A stretch of DNA of 63,695 bases, filler included, from Welwitschia mirabilis (taxonomy: Eukaryota): the NCBI GenBank assembly GCA_051453625.1. It is 6 parts of one record of this genome, joined end to end, with 100 filler letters (N's around TTAATTAATTAA, not from the genome) between each part and the next. Parts side by side here need not be neighbours in the genome. Positions count along the whole stretch, not along the records: positions 1 to 19,569 come from JBOZIK010000001.1; 5 more parts are not named here. The stretch is one strand, 5' to 3'. The position numbers and the translations under genes are program-made. This document shows positions 1 through 12,764 of this stretch, piece by piece (within the stretch, counting starts at the first letter, position 1; each line of letters begins with the position of its first letter). Below the pieces are notes generated by a model. That model was not told the DNA's origin and searched no databases. It saw only the letters and a list, made by a program, of their open reading frames with translations.

Positions 1-489
1 ATGTGAAGAATCTATATTTCTTTAAGACATCTCATATTTTCTAAGAGAGGGGTTAGGGAAAATAATCAAGATTTGAAAATAGAGAGGGGTTAAGAAATAC
101 TAGTCAAGGAGAATTTTGCAAAATCTTTATAATAATAAGAGTTATCAATGCCTTATCTATAATTAGAGAGAAACCAAGGAGTGAAATCTAATAACTCACT
201 ATTAAAATAAAATCAAATAATATGACCTTCAAAAATGAGGAACAAATCCTTCCTTTAGCCATTTATTCCTAGGAATATGGAAGTATTGATTTGAATAAAT
301 CCTTTCTTTATCCATTTTGCAAAAATAAACCATAGTTAATAGCAAGAGTATTGATCTGAGAATAGATTCTACAAATTTTGCTAAAGGTTTTTTAAAGCAT
401 TACAAGATGTTTAACACCAAGCACCTCTCAAAATATTCCTTGCAAGATGTCAAGATTTCTAAAGCTTTTAAGTTGAATAATGAAACACC

Positions 490-3400
490 TTTAAAAGGCA
501 CTTCTATAGATATTCCACTTTTGGTTGTTTTTCATCCCTTTGTAAATCAATCATTGGAAATAGACAATAAAAATAATCATCATAATCCTTCAGAGAGATC
601 ATCTCTTTTAGGAAATAATTATTGTACATCTACAGTAACAAATCATCTCATAATGATGAGATTCTAGTTAATAATCATCTAAAATCTTTTCTTAGCAACA
701 AGTGTCCATTCAATTCATTTAGTATGTGTGAAAATTACAATAGCAAATAATGCAGTTTAAGTGCATGTTATTTAGAAATTTTGTAATTACACTCATATGT
801 CTTATTAGTCATCCTTTCAGATTAGGATATAGACAAATGAACAAGAAACATGAACAGTTCCACTAATGGTGAGCTGAACAAAAGTAAAAATTGGAAATTG
901 ACATGCAATTATTTTTTCCAGCAATCAACCCNNNNNNNNNNTTTTTTCGAAATTCCAAAGGGTAACAAACAAAAGTAGATGGATAGGATATAATTAATAT
1001 CTTGCAATTAGTATAACTACTTGTTTGATTTACTTCAAAAGTAATTTTTCATAATTTGCTGTAACATTTCTTTAAGAAAGAACAATGAAAATAATAATTG
1101 TCTCAAGAGTTGCTTTTATCACTGAATTACCAATCATTATCTTAGTATCCCTCCTGATTTCAATCTCGTTCTATAATGTCTATGTAANNNNNNNNNNNNN
1201 NNNNNNNNNNNNNNNNNNNNNNNNNNNNNNNNNNNNNNNNNNNNNNNNNNNNNNNNNNNNNNNNNNNNNNNNNNNNNNNNNNNNNNNNNNNNNNNNNNNN
1301 NNNNNNNNNNNNNNNNNNNNNNNNNNNNNNNNNNNNNNNNNNNNNNNNNNNNNNNNNNNNNNNNNNNNNNNNNNNNNNNNNNNNNNNNNNNNNNNNNNNN
1401 NNNNNNNNNNNNNNNNNNNNNNNNNNNNNNNNNNNNNNNNNNNNNNNNNNNNNNNNNNNNNNNNNNNNNNNNNNNNNNNNNNNNNNNNNNNNNNNNNNNN
1501 NNNNNNNNNNNNNNNNATGTCAAAATTGGAAATTGACATGCAATTATTTTTTCCAGCAATCAACCCATTAAAAAATTTTTCGCAATTCCAAAGGGTAACA
1601 AATAAAAGTAGATGGATAGGATATAATTAATATCTTGCAATTGGTATAACTACTTGTTTGATTTACTTCAAAAGTAATTTTTCATAATTTGCTATAACAT
1701 TTCTTTAAGAAAGAACAATGAAAATAATAATTGTCTCGAGAGTTGCTTTTGTCACTGAATTACCAATCATTATCAAATATCCCTCCTGATTTCACTCTCA
1801 TTCTATAATGTCTATGTAATATTTGGAAGTATATAAATGCATCTTTAATGAATCTTTTTGGTTCTCTTAGCAATATAGAATTTTAAAAAGCTTTTCCAAA
1901 ATTTGTAAGCATCTATTTCACTTTTGTGATTAAATTCTTATCATGCACTCCAAGCAATTACTTAAGCTTCAATAGAGTGAATTAATGTAAGAAGCCATGT
2001 TTGCCATTCATTATACACTTATTTATAAAAGATTGAAACTACTTGTTTAGGTGTCCATCATTGTAAAAGGCTGCGTATTATTCTTGAAGACCTTATTTAC
2101 ATGGTTGTCAAATTACCAAGATCCAAAACTTCAATCTTTTTGCTTGATTCTAAAAGTAAAATACTAAGGAGTAAAACATTTCTTTTCTAGGCTACTATAA
2201 ATTTTAGTTATCTTTTGTATTTGCATGATTTTTCTTANNNNNNNNNNNNNNNNNNNNNNNNNNNNNNNNNNNNNNNNNNNNNNNNNNNNNNNNNNNNNNN
2301 NNNNNNNNNNNNNNNNNNNNNNNNNNNNNNNNNNNNNTTACATGGTTGTCTGATTACCAAGATCCAAAACTTCAATCTTTTTTCTTGATTCTAAAAGTAA
2401 AATACCAAGGAGTAAAACATTTCTTTTCTAAGCTACTATAAATTTTAGTTATCTTTTATATTTGCATGATTTTTCTTAGATTTTTATATCCTTAAATATC
2501 AATATATCCTAGAGGAGGGAGACAAACATTGCAACATCAATTTATGTGAAACATTATTACTTATAATACAATTTTTTAGTTTAGGTATTTTGTTACTATG
2601 AAACTTTGAAAACTCAAAGCTATTATTACAAGTTAAAAAAATCATGCGTAGAAAATGTAATCAGCCTATGCCAAGAATGATGCAATATAAAAACTTATTA
2701 GCAGTTGCTTAATCCACCTTTTCTTAAGAAAAGATGAGGAATGAAAGACATGTTACATGAGAATAAAAGATTAGAAGCATGTTAAATAGTTAACAGAATA
2801 AAAACAAAGTATTGATAAATGGAGGTAAGCTAGTTGTTTCATAAATCCTTTAAAGTTTAATGCCCTTCTCAAGGTATTAAGTTCTTTAATATTTAGAAAT
2901 GTAAGTCACTTCATTTCCTTTTTGTATTTCTTGGATTTTTAGATTATGTTTTGATGCTTTTTTTTGATATGGAAATTGTTTGGTTTTTGTTTATGAGTTT
3001 TTCATTTACAGTTTTAGTAGATTTTTAAGAAGTATAATGGAATATGAATGTATGAAATCTGTAGTTTAAGGCATACTTAGAAACAAAAAGCTCATTGTCA
3101 TTTTCACAAAGCAATCAAATTCATACCAATCAGAACTTGGTTACAACATTCAATTTGATTCAATCATAGCAGAATTTTATTTTAAACTTTGAATTTAATT
3201 CAATGGATATGTTAAATTTTTCTACCGCTAGAGAGCTATTCGATTAAAAAACTTAGTAAACCATTGAAAAATGTAGAAATCACAGATTATGAATGTTTCT
3301 CAAAAATTGAAAACACAACATTAAATAAACTTTATATCCTAAAAATGACTGGATTTGATTTGCTCTACATTTTCGCAAATAAGATGTGAANNNNNNNNNN

Positions 3401-5310
3401 NNNNATTATTTAAATTTGCATCAATTCATGTAATCATTTTAGTTTCCTAGTTGATTTAATGCAATTATATTTTAGCATAATTCACTTTTAAAATTGAATA
3501 TAGGTTTAGCTTAGGGGTCTTTTTTTTATGTCTTTATGTTTAGAAAACTCTTAGATCTAAAAACCCAATACTAGAATAAAAACTTTATTATAAGTTAAGA
3601 CCACAATCTCTGTATTAAATTTTCTTGTTTTAAAAGTTAGTTGAAATTTATTTGTATAATGTATTTTCTGTGTTNNNNNNNNNNNNNNNNNNNNNNNNNN
3701 NNNNNNNNNNNNNNNNNNNNNNNNNNNNNNNNNNNNNNNNNNNNNNNNNNNNNNNNNNNNNNNNNNNNNNNNNNNNNNNNNNNNNNNNNNNNNNNNNNNN
3801 NNNNNNNNNNNNNNNNNNNNNNNNNNNNNNNNNNNNNNNNNNNNNNNNNNNNNNNNNNNNNNNNNNNNNNNNNNNNNNNNNNNNNNNNNNNNNNNNNNNN
3901 NNNNNNNNNNNNNNNNNNNNNNNNNNNNNNNNNNNNNNNNNNNNNNNNNNNNNNNNNNNNNNNNNNNNNNNNNNNNNNNNNNNNNNNNNNNNNNNNNNNN
4001 NNNNNNNNNNNNNNNNNNNNNNNNNNNNNNNNNNNNNNNNNNNNNNNNNNNNNNNNNNNNNNNNNNNNNNNNNNNNNNNNNNNNNNNNNNNNNNNNNNNN
4101 NNNNNNNNNNNNNNNNNNNNNNNNNNNNNNNNNNNNNNNNNNNNNNNNNNNNNNNNNNNNNNNNNNNNNNNNNNNNNNNNNNNNNNNNNNNNNNNNNNNN
4201 NNNNNNNNNNNNNNNNNNNNNNNNNNNNNNNNNNNNNNNNNNNNNNNNNNNNNNNNNNNNNNNNNNNNNNNNNNNNNNNNNNNNNNNNNNNNNNNNNNNN
4301 NNNNNNNNNNNNNNNNNNNNNNNNNNNNNNNNNNNNNNNNNNNNNNNNNNNNNNNNNNNNNNNNNNNNNNNNNNNNNNNNNNNNNNNNNNNNNNNNNNNN
4401 NNNNNNNNNNNNNNNNNNNNNNNNNNNNNNNNNNNNNNNNNNNNNNNNNNNNNNNNNNNNNNNNNNNNNNNNNNNNNNNNNNNNNNNNNNNNNCTCTTAG
4501 ATCTAAAAACCCAATACTAGAATAAAAACTTTATTAAAGTTGAGACCATAATCTCTGTATTAAATTTTCTTGTTTTGAAAGTCAGTTGAAATTTATTTGT
4601 ATAATGTATTTTCTATGTTGATATTCATTTTCTTCAATGTGCATCCCTTATTTTCTTGAATCCCCAATTTTCCTATTCATATATTTCCTCTTTTTTTGTT
4701 TCACTGTGTTTTCTAGGCACTTCTATTTCATTTGATGTTGGATGTGGATTGGTAATGATAATGGTAGTGCTAACTACTGCTTAATACAAAAATCCAATGA
4801 GTCTAATGTATATGAAGAGTGAAGAATATAAGAGTGAAAATAGCATCAAGACAGTAGTTTGGGCATTGCTTGTGTTATAGGTATTCACCTTACATACACA
4901 AATAATATCAATGGGATACCTCCAAAATTTTCACACTTTGTCATAAAACTTCTAGAATTTCATCAAGTTCTAGCATTTATATGTAAAAAATCATTTCACT
5001 GCCTTATGTTTCACTTGAAGAAAGGTTTTTCATTGGACACATAGGATATACAGAATGCAGATTATATAGATGCATAGTTAGATATGGTTATCAAAAATGT
5101 TTAAAAAAAATAGAACAAGAACAAGGGAGTCGTATTTTAAGAAAAGGGAGTGATCAAAGACACTCAGCCACATAGATAGGTCAACCTTGCTATTAGAAGT
5201 ACATGGAACTAAATTTAAACTAATTATATTCTAGTGATATCCACATAATATAGCTAGAACATCAAACTGTCCTCTAGGAGTAATTCTCTTTAGAGTGGTA
5301 TATTGCTTAA
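490..5310 (+). pseudogene. Heavily decayed KUP/HAK/KT family potassium transporter pseudogene (multi-exon remnant)
   Basis: KUP-like motifs occur in the correct order on +. FFPAINPL ~910 (cf. LTPAISVL); SRVAF..LPIII..LLISISFYNV ~1100-1185 (cf. HRVAFLFAPIV..WLL.IS.GLYNI); EAMFA 1991-2005 (cf. EAMFADLGHF); AAY ~2070 (cf. GQAAYL); Q-AIIT ~2615 (cf. SQAIITG); GLVMIMVVLTT ~4746 (cf. GLAVITVMLVTT). The clearest block follows at 4853-5091. Many stops, frameshifts and deletions; boundaries approximate. Confidence 0.7.
4853..5091 (+). pseudogene. Best-preserved KUP/HAK block (C-terminal cytoplasmic region)
   Basis: Reads SLGIACVIGIHLTYTNNINGIPPKFSHFVIKLLEFHQVLAFICKKS, then after a frameshift [31 protein letters not shown]. 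This matches the KUP consensus [75 protein letters not shown]. Confidence 0.9.
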
Positions 5311-5914
5311 AAATTTTTGCACAAGCAACAATTTCAAATATAACTACATAAGCACTTGAGTTTAACTTAGTTGATCTTTAAATTATCAAGTAAATGTATA
5401 TATATTAGTAGAAAGAATGCAACTCTTACAAATATCTCTTAGGTTAAACCCCCTTTTGGGTAGCAGAGCAAGGTAGCATCCTTAATCCATTTGCACTTTC
5501 CTTTGTTATATATTTAGTTTTACTTGCTAAAGAAAAGTTTCTTCCAATAAGCTGACTACATTGGATCTGGTCTATAGCATAAACCTTGATTTTCAACTAT
5601 GTTTAGATACTAAATCTAAGAAGGTATATTTAATTTTAAGTCATAATATAAGAAGGTTTATTTAATTTTAAATCAAAAAGGATTCTATTATTCTTTTAAA
5701 TAATTTGAAAAGGGCCAATCATTTTAGTATATTTTACATAAAAGATGATTTATAATTATAAAGTTTTAAAGGCCTAAGTATTTCCTTTAAAGGATTTACA
5801 TTTTCATGAGGCCTAAAACTTTTATGAAAGAGTATATTTTATCCCCCTTACTTTTGCCCTCCTTCCATATCATATGCATTACATTTTTTTTATGTTTATT
5901 AAATAATTTAAATG

Positions 5915-6770
5915 GCATGTATCATGAGGCCTAGCGGTGCTAACATAACACTTATTCATGCACTGATGTCAGTGCCTACTTATGTGCTATCATCTATTTT
6001 TCAATTCACACCATTGTTATCTTTTATAAAGTGGGCATAGATATATTAAGGTAGCTGCCATATTCTTCATGTCAATTCCCTCTTCCTCATATGGGTTCCT
6101 ACTTTAAAGCAGCTTTTCTTTAATATTAATTGTTATCTTCCTATATTACATTGACATTGTTCATAGTTTATGTATCATTTGCTGCAAGACTACTATAATC
6201 TGCATGTTGTTTTAGAGACACTTAAAAATCATTTATAGAACATGGTCATCCATTAGTGATAAGTTAAAGTTATAGATCTTAGATACATGCTTTTCTATAA
6301 GTTATAGCAACTTCCAAAATGCATGGTATTGACATCTTCTTGTTTTCATTACTGGAGCAAGAATTTAAGTTTATAAGTGGTCATTGGATTTATGATCTTA
6401 TGCACCTTTTTATGTTTTCATAGTCTAAGATATCATTACTGAACAAAACTAATAACACTTGGCTAAATAAAATTATGAATTTCCATCAGTGATCAGATTA
6501 TGCTAGATAGAGTTTGGCTCTAGGTGGCTATATCAAAATACTAATAGATATACCTAACTATCTATAATATTGCATGTTTCTTCCAAAAATGAATAATTAA
6601 TTACCAAATTAGAGAAATTCCACATACAAAGATCAGTTTAGCAGTCTTAGAAAAATAGATTCTTATCATGTTTGATTAATACAATGTTTTGGTTCCATCC
6701 AGATAGCATGGTTTGGATATTGTCTTGAGTAAAGTAGGATTCCATTTCCACTTATTTTAGATTAGTTCAT
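5915..6770 (+). mobile_element. Degenerate L1-type LINE ORF2 fragment (post-RT / zf-RVT region)
   Basis: Colinear motifs: ITLIHALMSVPTYVLSS (cf. GRLTLIKSVL.S.P.Y.LS), NHL*NMVI (cf. SLW..VI), GARI.KFISGHWIYD (cf. G..I.FW.D.W), IAWFGYCLE*SRIP (cf. I..F.W.L...RLP). Confidence 0.45.
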
Positions 6771-6899
6771 AGTCTTATCATATCCATTTTAAACAAATCA
6801 TAAACAATAAAATATGAACTAGTATTTACTTATAATGTAGATGAATTTAAGTTATGAAAGCTCAAAATCTTAAAATATTGAATATTATTTCCTATGAAG

Positions 6900-7035
6900 C
6901 AAGAACCACTAGATGATGTGCAAGGTGTTCCTTTTATATCCAAGAGATGATCTCTGTCCTTGTATTTTTTACAAGAACCACTAGATGATGTGCAAGGTGT
7001 TCCTTTTATATTCAAGAGATGGTCTTTACCCTTGT
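6900..7035. repeat. 72-bp tandem duplication (2 copies)
   Basis: caagaaccactagatgatgtgcaaggtgttccttttatat.caagagatg occurs at 6900 and 6972 with no N gap between the copies. Confidence 0.9.
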
Positions 7036-7194
7036 CTTTAGTGTATTTTTGACTTGTCAACTTCCTTTTTTTCAAATTAGCCTTATTTGAAAATATGATT
7101 CCAAGTTCTAATTGAGATGATGGCTTTTCAAAGATGTCACTTTATGATGGGGATGTGATAACTCCACCTCAGGAGCATTTATTTTATAATTTTT

Positions 7195-7471
7195 TCCCTC
7201 TTATGATGCCTTTTGAGGCCTTTTTTTGAGAAAATGCCTCAAAAGGTCTTTTAAAACATTCCTTCAAAAAAATGCTTCAAAAAATCCTTAAAAGATTTTG
7301 AAGGCATTTCTTTAGGAAATTCCTCAAAAAGGCCTATTAAGGCAGTTTTATTCAAATGCCTTATAAACACTTATTGTCTTTTAAGACAAGGTTTTTTAAA
7401 GCATTTTGTGAAAATATGCCTTAAATACTTTTAATGTGTTTTTTAAGACCAAGCCTATATTTCTTGTAGTA
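7195..7471. mobile_element. CACTA (En/Spm) transposon right end: subterminal repeats plus TIR
   Basis: About 10 direct and inverted copies of AAATGCCTYAAA/TTTRAGGCATTT at 7205-7450, ending in tttcttgtagt(a) at ~7460-7471. That is the reverse complement of CACTACAAGAAA with a terminal G>A. It abuts a truncated gypsy gag. Confidence 0.7.
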
Positions 7472-8117
7472 TTTCTACAAGGTCTTCTAATATGTTCCAA
7501 GCATTGTTTAAGGTTAAATTGAGTAAATATCCATTACATTAAAAATCTATCATTTGTCTAGTTTGACTATTCAATCCACTATAGAAGTGATTAATAATTT
7601 CTTATTTTTCAAACTCATTTACCAATTTTAATGACATGGCAATCAAGAATCTTTCATATCTTGAGAAATAATCTTTGTGAGGGTATTGTTGAAAATTTGT
7701 TACTTCTTTTCTTCTTGTCCTCATGACCACCTCATTCATAAACCATTTGATAAAGACTTCTTGTACATGATTCCATAACTTAAGACTTCTATGTCGAATT
7801 GTTTAAAGCCCACTTTTTACTTGTCCTTTTAAGGTAAATAGAAAGATTATCATGTAGGTCCTATCTGAAATTTTATTTTTCCCATTTTCTAAAGTAAGAA
7901 TGAGTTATTCAATATCGGCTATCTATTGGAATGGGTCTTCATTAGATTCTCTAGAAAAGAAAGGATAGGCATTCAAGTTTTTTAACTCTACATCATCTCT
8001 AGGTGGTAGATCAAATCAGTTTTAAAGTTTTTTCTTTTTATGAGCTAGCATATCCTTTAAAGTAACATTTTAATTAGAGGATCCTGAAATTTTAAGTGAA
8101 GATTTATTGGATGCCAT
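7472..8117 (-). pseudogene. gag: Athila-type gypsy gag N-terminal half (element E), truncated by the CACTA end
   Basis: Minus-strand reading FSRESNEDPFQ*IADIE...IFLFTLKGQVKSGL*TI...LWNHVQEVFIKWF resembles Retrotrans_gag (EDPYxHL...FPFSLKDKAK.WL...W..L...FL.KF). Confidence 0.7.
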
Positions 8118-8831
8118 AGAGGTAAGAGTATTAGGATGATTAGATAAAAGAGAAGAGGTAATATTTTTAGTAGAACTTGGTTGATTTTTAAAATTTTTTA
8201 AAGAATTAGAAGTATGTAAACAAGAAATAGTAAATACAAAATAATCATCTTACTCAACTAAAGGATTAAATTTTAGTTCGCATCTTAAGTTCTTGAATTA
8301 AAGTCCATCAAATATTTTTTGATTACTTTATTAAGGAAATGTTTTTCACGAGTGTATTTGCCTTTACTACTATTTACCATTGCCCTATAAGATTAATCTA
8401 TGTTAAACAAACTTCTTTACATTCAAGTAAAATCAATCTTCAGGATTACTCAAAGGTGTAAGGAGTAGGATATACCAAATGAATGTGGCAAATACTCAGA
8501 TTGCACAAAGTACAAAGTGTAGGCCAAGTTTGTTGCAAATAATAATCAATGTGGTAATTCCTAAAATCACATGAAGTCTAAGGGATAGACTTAATATATT
8601 GCTGAATTGAAATATGAATTCTTAAAATTACACTTAAAATTAAAGAAGAGAGAATTACAAGAAATAAAAATTACAATTCGCAAGAAAGAAAATTAAAGTA
8701 CACTTCAAATGGATAATTAAACAATTACTTATAGACTCAAAGGTAATCAAGAAATTGTAAGTATATCTAAGAGGAAATGAATTCAAAATACTTACTTGAG
8801 TAATGACAATCTTCTATTTCTCTTGAAGTCT

Positions 8832-8849
8832 TCCCTAGCAATGGCACTA
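8832..8849 (-). promoter_or_regulatory. Primer-binding site, tRNA-Asp type (Athila)
   Basis: Reverse complement TAGTGCCATTGCTAGGGA versus TGGCGCCGTTGCCGGGGA; all 5 differences are C>T or G>A. It sits next to the LTR end. Confidence 0.8.
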
Positions 8850-8855
8850 AAATTT

Positions 8856-10588
8856 TGTTTTGCAAATTTGTGATTCTAATTTCAATATTCTAAAGATTGA
8901 ATTTAACTTGTAACATTTAAAAAGCTAATAATCTGATTGCACACAATAAACATTTGTATAGTGGAATTAACTCAAATATCATACACTTAGAGAAGAATTC
9001 TAAAAGAGAATTTGGAACATTGATTTNNNNNNNNNNNNNNNNNNNNNNNNNNNNNNNNNNNNNNNNNNNNNNNNNNNNNNNNNNNNNNNNNNNNNNNNNN
9101 NNNNNNNNNNNNNNNNNNNNNNNNNNNNNNNNNNNNNNNNNNNNNNNNNNNNNNNNNNNNNNNNNNNNNNNNNNNNNNNNNNNNNNNNNNNNNNNNNNNN
9201 NNNNNNNNNNNNNNNNNNNNNNNNNNNNNNNNNNNNNNNNNNNNNNNNNNNNNNNNNNNNNNNNNNNNNNNNNNNNNNNNNNNNNNNNNNNNNNNNNNNN
9301 NNNNNNNNNNNNNNNNNNNNNNNNNNNNNNNNNNNNNNNNNNNNNNNNNNNNNNNNNNNNNNNNNNNNNNNNNNNNNNNNNNNNNNNNNNNNNNNNNNNN
9401 NNNNNNNNNNNNNNNNNNNNNNNNNNNNNNNNNNNNNNNNNNNNNNNNNNNNNNNNNNNNNNNNNNNNNNNNNNNNNNNNNNNNNNNNNNNNNNNNNNNN
9501 NNNNNNNNNNNNNNNNNNNNNNNNNNNNNNNNNNNNNNNNNNNNNNNNNNNNNNNNNNNNNNNNNNNNNNNNNNNNNNNNNNNNNNNNNNNNNNNNNNNN
9601 NNNNNNNNNNNNNNNNNNNNNNNNNNNNNNNNNNNNNNNNNNNNNNNNNNNNNNNNNNNNNNNNTTCTAATGCAATGAACTAATTAAACTTCTAATCTAC
9701 TATCACTTATATTGGTTCTTATAATCTATTTTAATTACAAATTCATGTCACTTAAATTTCAATTAAGATAAGATATAAGGAAGAACAATAATACATTTAA
9801 AAATATTTCAAATCAATCAATACGTTTACTAATGAAATTGAATTACATCTAATTAAAACAACAACTTCTTAATGAAAGATGAACTGCCTAACATCAAGGT
9901 GATTCTTCTCACAAGTAGGATNNNNNNNNNNNNNNNNNNNNNNNNNNNNNNNNNNNNNNNNNNNNNNNNNNNNNNNNNNNNNNNNNNNNNNNNNNNNNNN
10001 NNNNNNNNNNNNNNNNNNNNNTTCTCACAAGTAGGATAGATCTCCTTACCTCAAATAATCTCTAATTATCATAAGAATGTAGATAATAAAAGATGATCTT
10101 GAATAGGGTCTGAAAGGGTCTATTTATAGTTTGGGATAAGCCACTAAAGGGTGTAAAACAAAGAGGTATGATTTTAATCCACCCTTTCATAATAATTTGA
10201 TTATGTTTACAAATAATTTTGATCATCGTTTATCATGTCATTTCCATAATAAAGAGGATGACATCCCATCTGCCAACTAATGCTTAGCACATGTCAAAAA
10301 TGATAATTGTCATTCCAATCATTGTCACCATAACAAAAAGGATGACCATACTTTTCTGATTGTCATCTTATTCGTCGTTCCCATAACATGAAGGATGACC
10401 AATATATCTTCATCATGTTGCTTTAATTCATCATTATCAAAAAATGACTTATTATTTGGAAAATTATTGCATCTTTTAATCTGTATGAAAGCTTTGTATA
10501 ATTTTCATAAATTCCTACAAAAACCTTTCAATAGGACATAAAATGTACTTCATAAGTGTATTAAATATGTCAAGTTGGCATCACAACA
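8856..10588 (-). mobile_element. 5' LTR of Athila-like element E
   Basis: Right end is ggcatcacaaca (TGTTGTGATGCC on -). Left end TG is adjacent to the PBS. Contains the family's GTCATC..GATGAC hairpin motifs and a TATA-like tatttata. Interrupted by N gaps. Confidence 0.75.
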
Positions 10589-11600
10589 ATCCAGACATTG
10601 AACAAGTTCCTACATGTAAGGACATTCCATTCCTTCATGATTGTCTTCCCCACTATATTCACATGTAGGTCCTTTTCCCTCCTTGAAGTGTTGTATAGCT
10701 AACTAATCAAATTTTGCTACCATGTTATCAATCACTTTTTTAGCTAATTCTTTTCTAAAATTGATATGTTTTGAATTGTATACACTACCATCTTATTTTG
10801 GAGTACATACTTCATTTACTTTTTTTCTTTTCACTTTCTTGTCTTCATCCTTGACTCATGTTATAAAACTACGTAATGGCTTCTTCCACATTTTAGAGAT
10901 TATTTGTCTTGATGATTCCTCTACATAATAAGTCTAATTCCTTTAAAGTTTAACTTTTTAATCCTCTAAGTAAAGCTATGATTTGTTTCCTAGATGTAAT
11001 TCCATGGTTAGGACATTTAGTTGATATTNNNNTATACTTGTCCATAAATTCATTAAATCTTTAATTATCTCTTTGTTTAATGTTTAAAATTTATTCTCTT
11101 AGTTTTACAATCATACTTATGAATTAAAATTTAATGGGAAAAGCATTTTTAAGTCCTCATGAATTAAAAGCATGATTAGAATTCTTATGATACCATAGTT
11201 AAACATCTCATTTCAGGGAAAAATAAAAATATCTCAGAAAGTTAGATTCTAAGTCAAGATAATTATGTTTACAAAAGGAATCAAATACGCTTAGACATAG
11301 TAGGGTTTATTCCAATTTTTTACTCTCAAAACTATGTACTGATGTAATATTTATGTTTCTTACTTGATTTAGTTGTTATAAGGATGTAGGAGTAATGGGA
11401 CTTAAATCTTCTAGCTAATTGATATCATGATTTAAAAGTATTGAATTTGCATAATCTTCCCAATAGAATTCTATTACAACTTTTTTTCTAATCATTTTTA
11501 CTTGAACTATCTAAGAATATTCTTCTTATAAGTGAGGTAACATAAGAATGGTATGAAATATATGCTAAAATTAATTCATTAATATGGAAAAAAATTGTTC
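10589..11600 (-). pseudogene. gag: Athila-type gag remnant (element D), interrupted by element E
   Basis: Minus strand: KPYY.LSVFDSFCK...FLRYF.FSLK*DV*LWY...; KCPNHGI...LLRGL...LDLLCRG; knuckle-like CEYSGEDNHEGMECP at ~10620-10670. Confidence 0.7.
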
Positions 11601-12764
11601 CTTTACCATCTTTTTAAGGGTGACTTTATCTTTTGTAAAATCTTCCTCTTTCACTTCTCTTTTAATTTTAATTCCAATCCACTCATCTAGACCATATTTA
11701 TCAGGGCCTTTACATACCTACCTCTTTCATCCTAACATTTTCCTTAGCTATCTTATTGAATCATAGTTTTTATCATCTATGCTAGTTGACTTTAGAGCAC
11801 CCTCCTTCTAGTGCTAAAGTAATGGATTCTTATGTGATGAAATAAATGTAGAAAATATTGTAAAAGAATAGAAACAAATATTGGACAAATGCAAAAACTA
11901 TGCTTCTATTAACCTAAAATAAGCTTACACTATTGAATAAAAATAATTAAAGGATTATTAAAGAACTAGTTGAGATTTAACAAGTTAGCTCAAAATGTAT
12001 CATTACGATTATATCATGATGAAGTTATTTGTCCTAGTCAAATTGATTTATTACTACTAAGTTGTTATGTATGTATAATATAATAGGAAAAAATGAAGAA
12101 ATTAGAACAACATGTTAGAAATTAGATGAGATGCTAAACAATACTTATTTCTAAGAACTATTAATTCTCCTTGTTTGTGTTCAACTACACAAATGAAGCA
12201 AATAGAAATAGTATTACTTTTTCAACTAATAAAACATATACAAAATGATACTTAAAATATGTTTTTTAGCTTAATGCTAAAATATCAATTATTATATAAA
12301 GATGCATTAAGGCTCGTCTTTTCCTTTGTAGGTAATACTTTAGAGTATGAAAGATGTTGTTGTGCTTTTTGCAGGATAGCTGGAGTCCCCTTCTTTACTT
12401 GCTTGTTAAGTTTATTCCTAGAGATTTTGGTCAAAAAGATGTCCACCTTTGGTGGTTATACCTTTCTTATACCCTTTTTTGTTTTTGTTTTCCATTTCTT
12501 TTCTTCTTAAGGATAGGTTTATAGTTGAGGTTGTTATTGCTTTTTCGCCATCTCAACTTTTTCTTTCATCTTCATGTCAAATGGCATTTTGTATCTGTAA
12601 CTTAATAATAAAAATATATATACTAATCTCCTAATTTACTAACTAACTAACTAACTTATTATTAGTGAGTATATTTATAAATAAAAACATCTATTATTAT
12701 CTAAAATACATAATTATGAAAACAAAAACATTTCATTAATAATTAAAGTCTATATTAAAATTAA

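Noticed and set aside
1700..2200. Minus-strand plant-mobile-domain or LINE-like reading (..NSVTKATLETI..)
   Set aside because: Weak similarity, and the plus strand is better explained by colinear KUP motifs.
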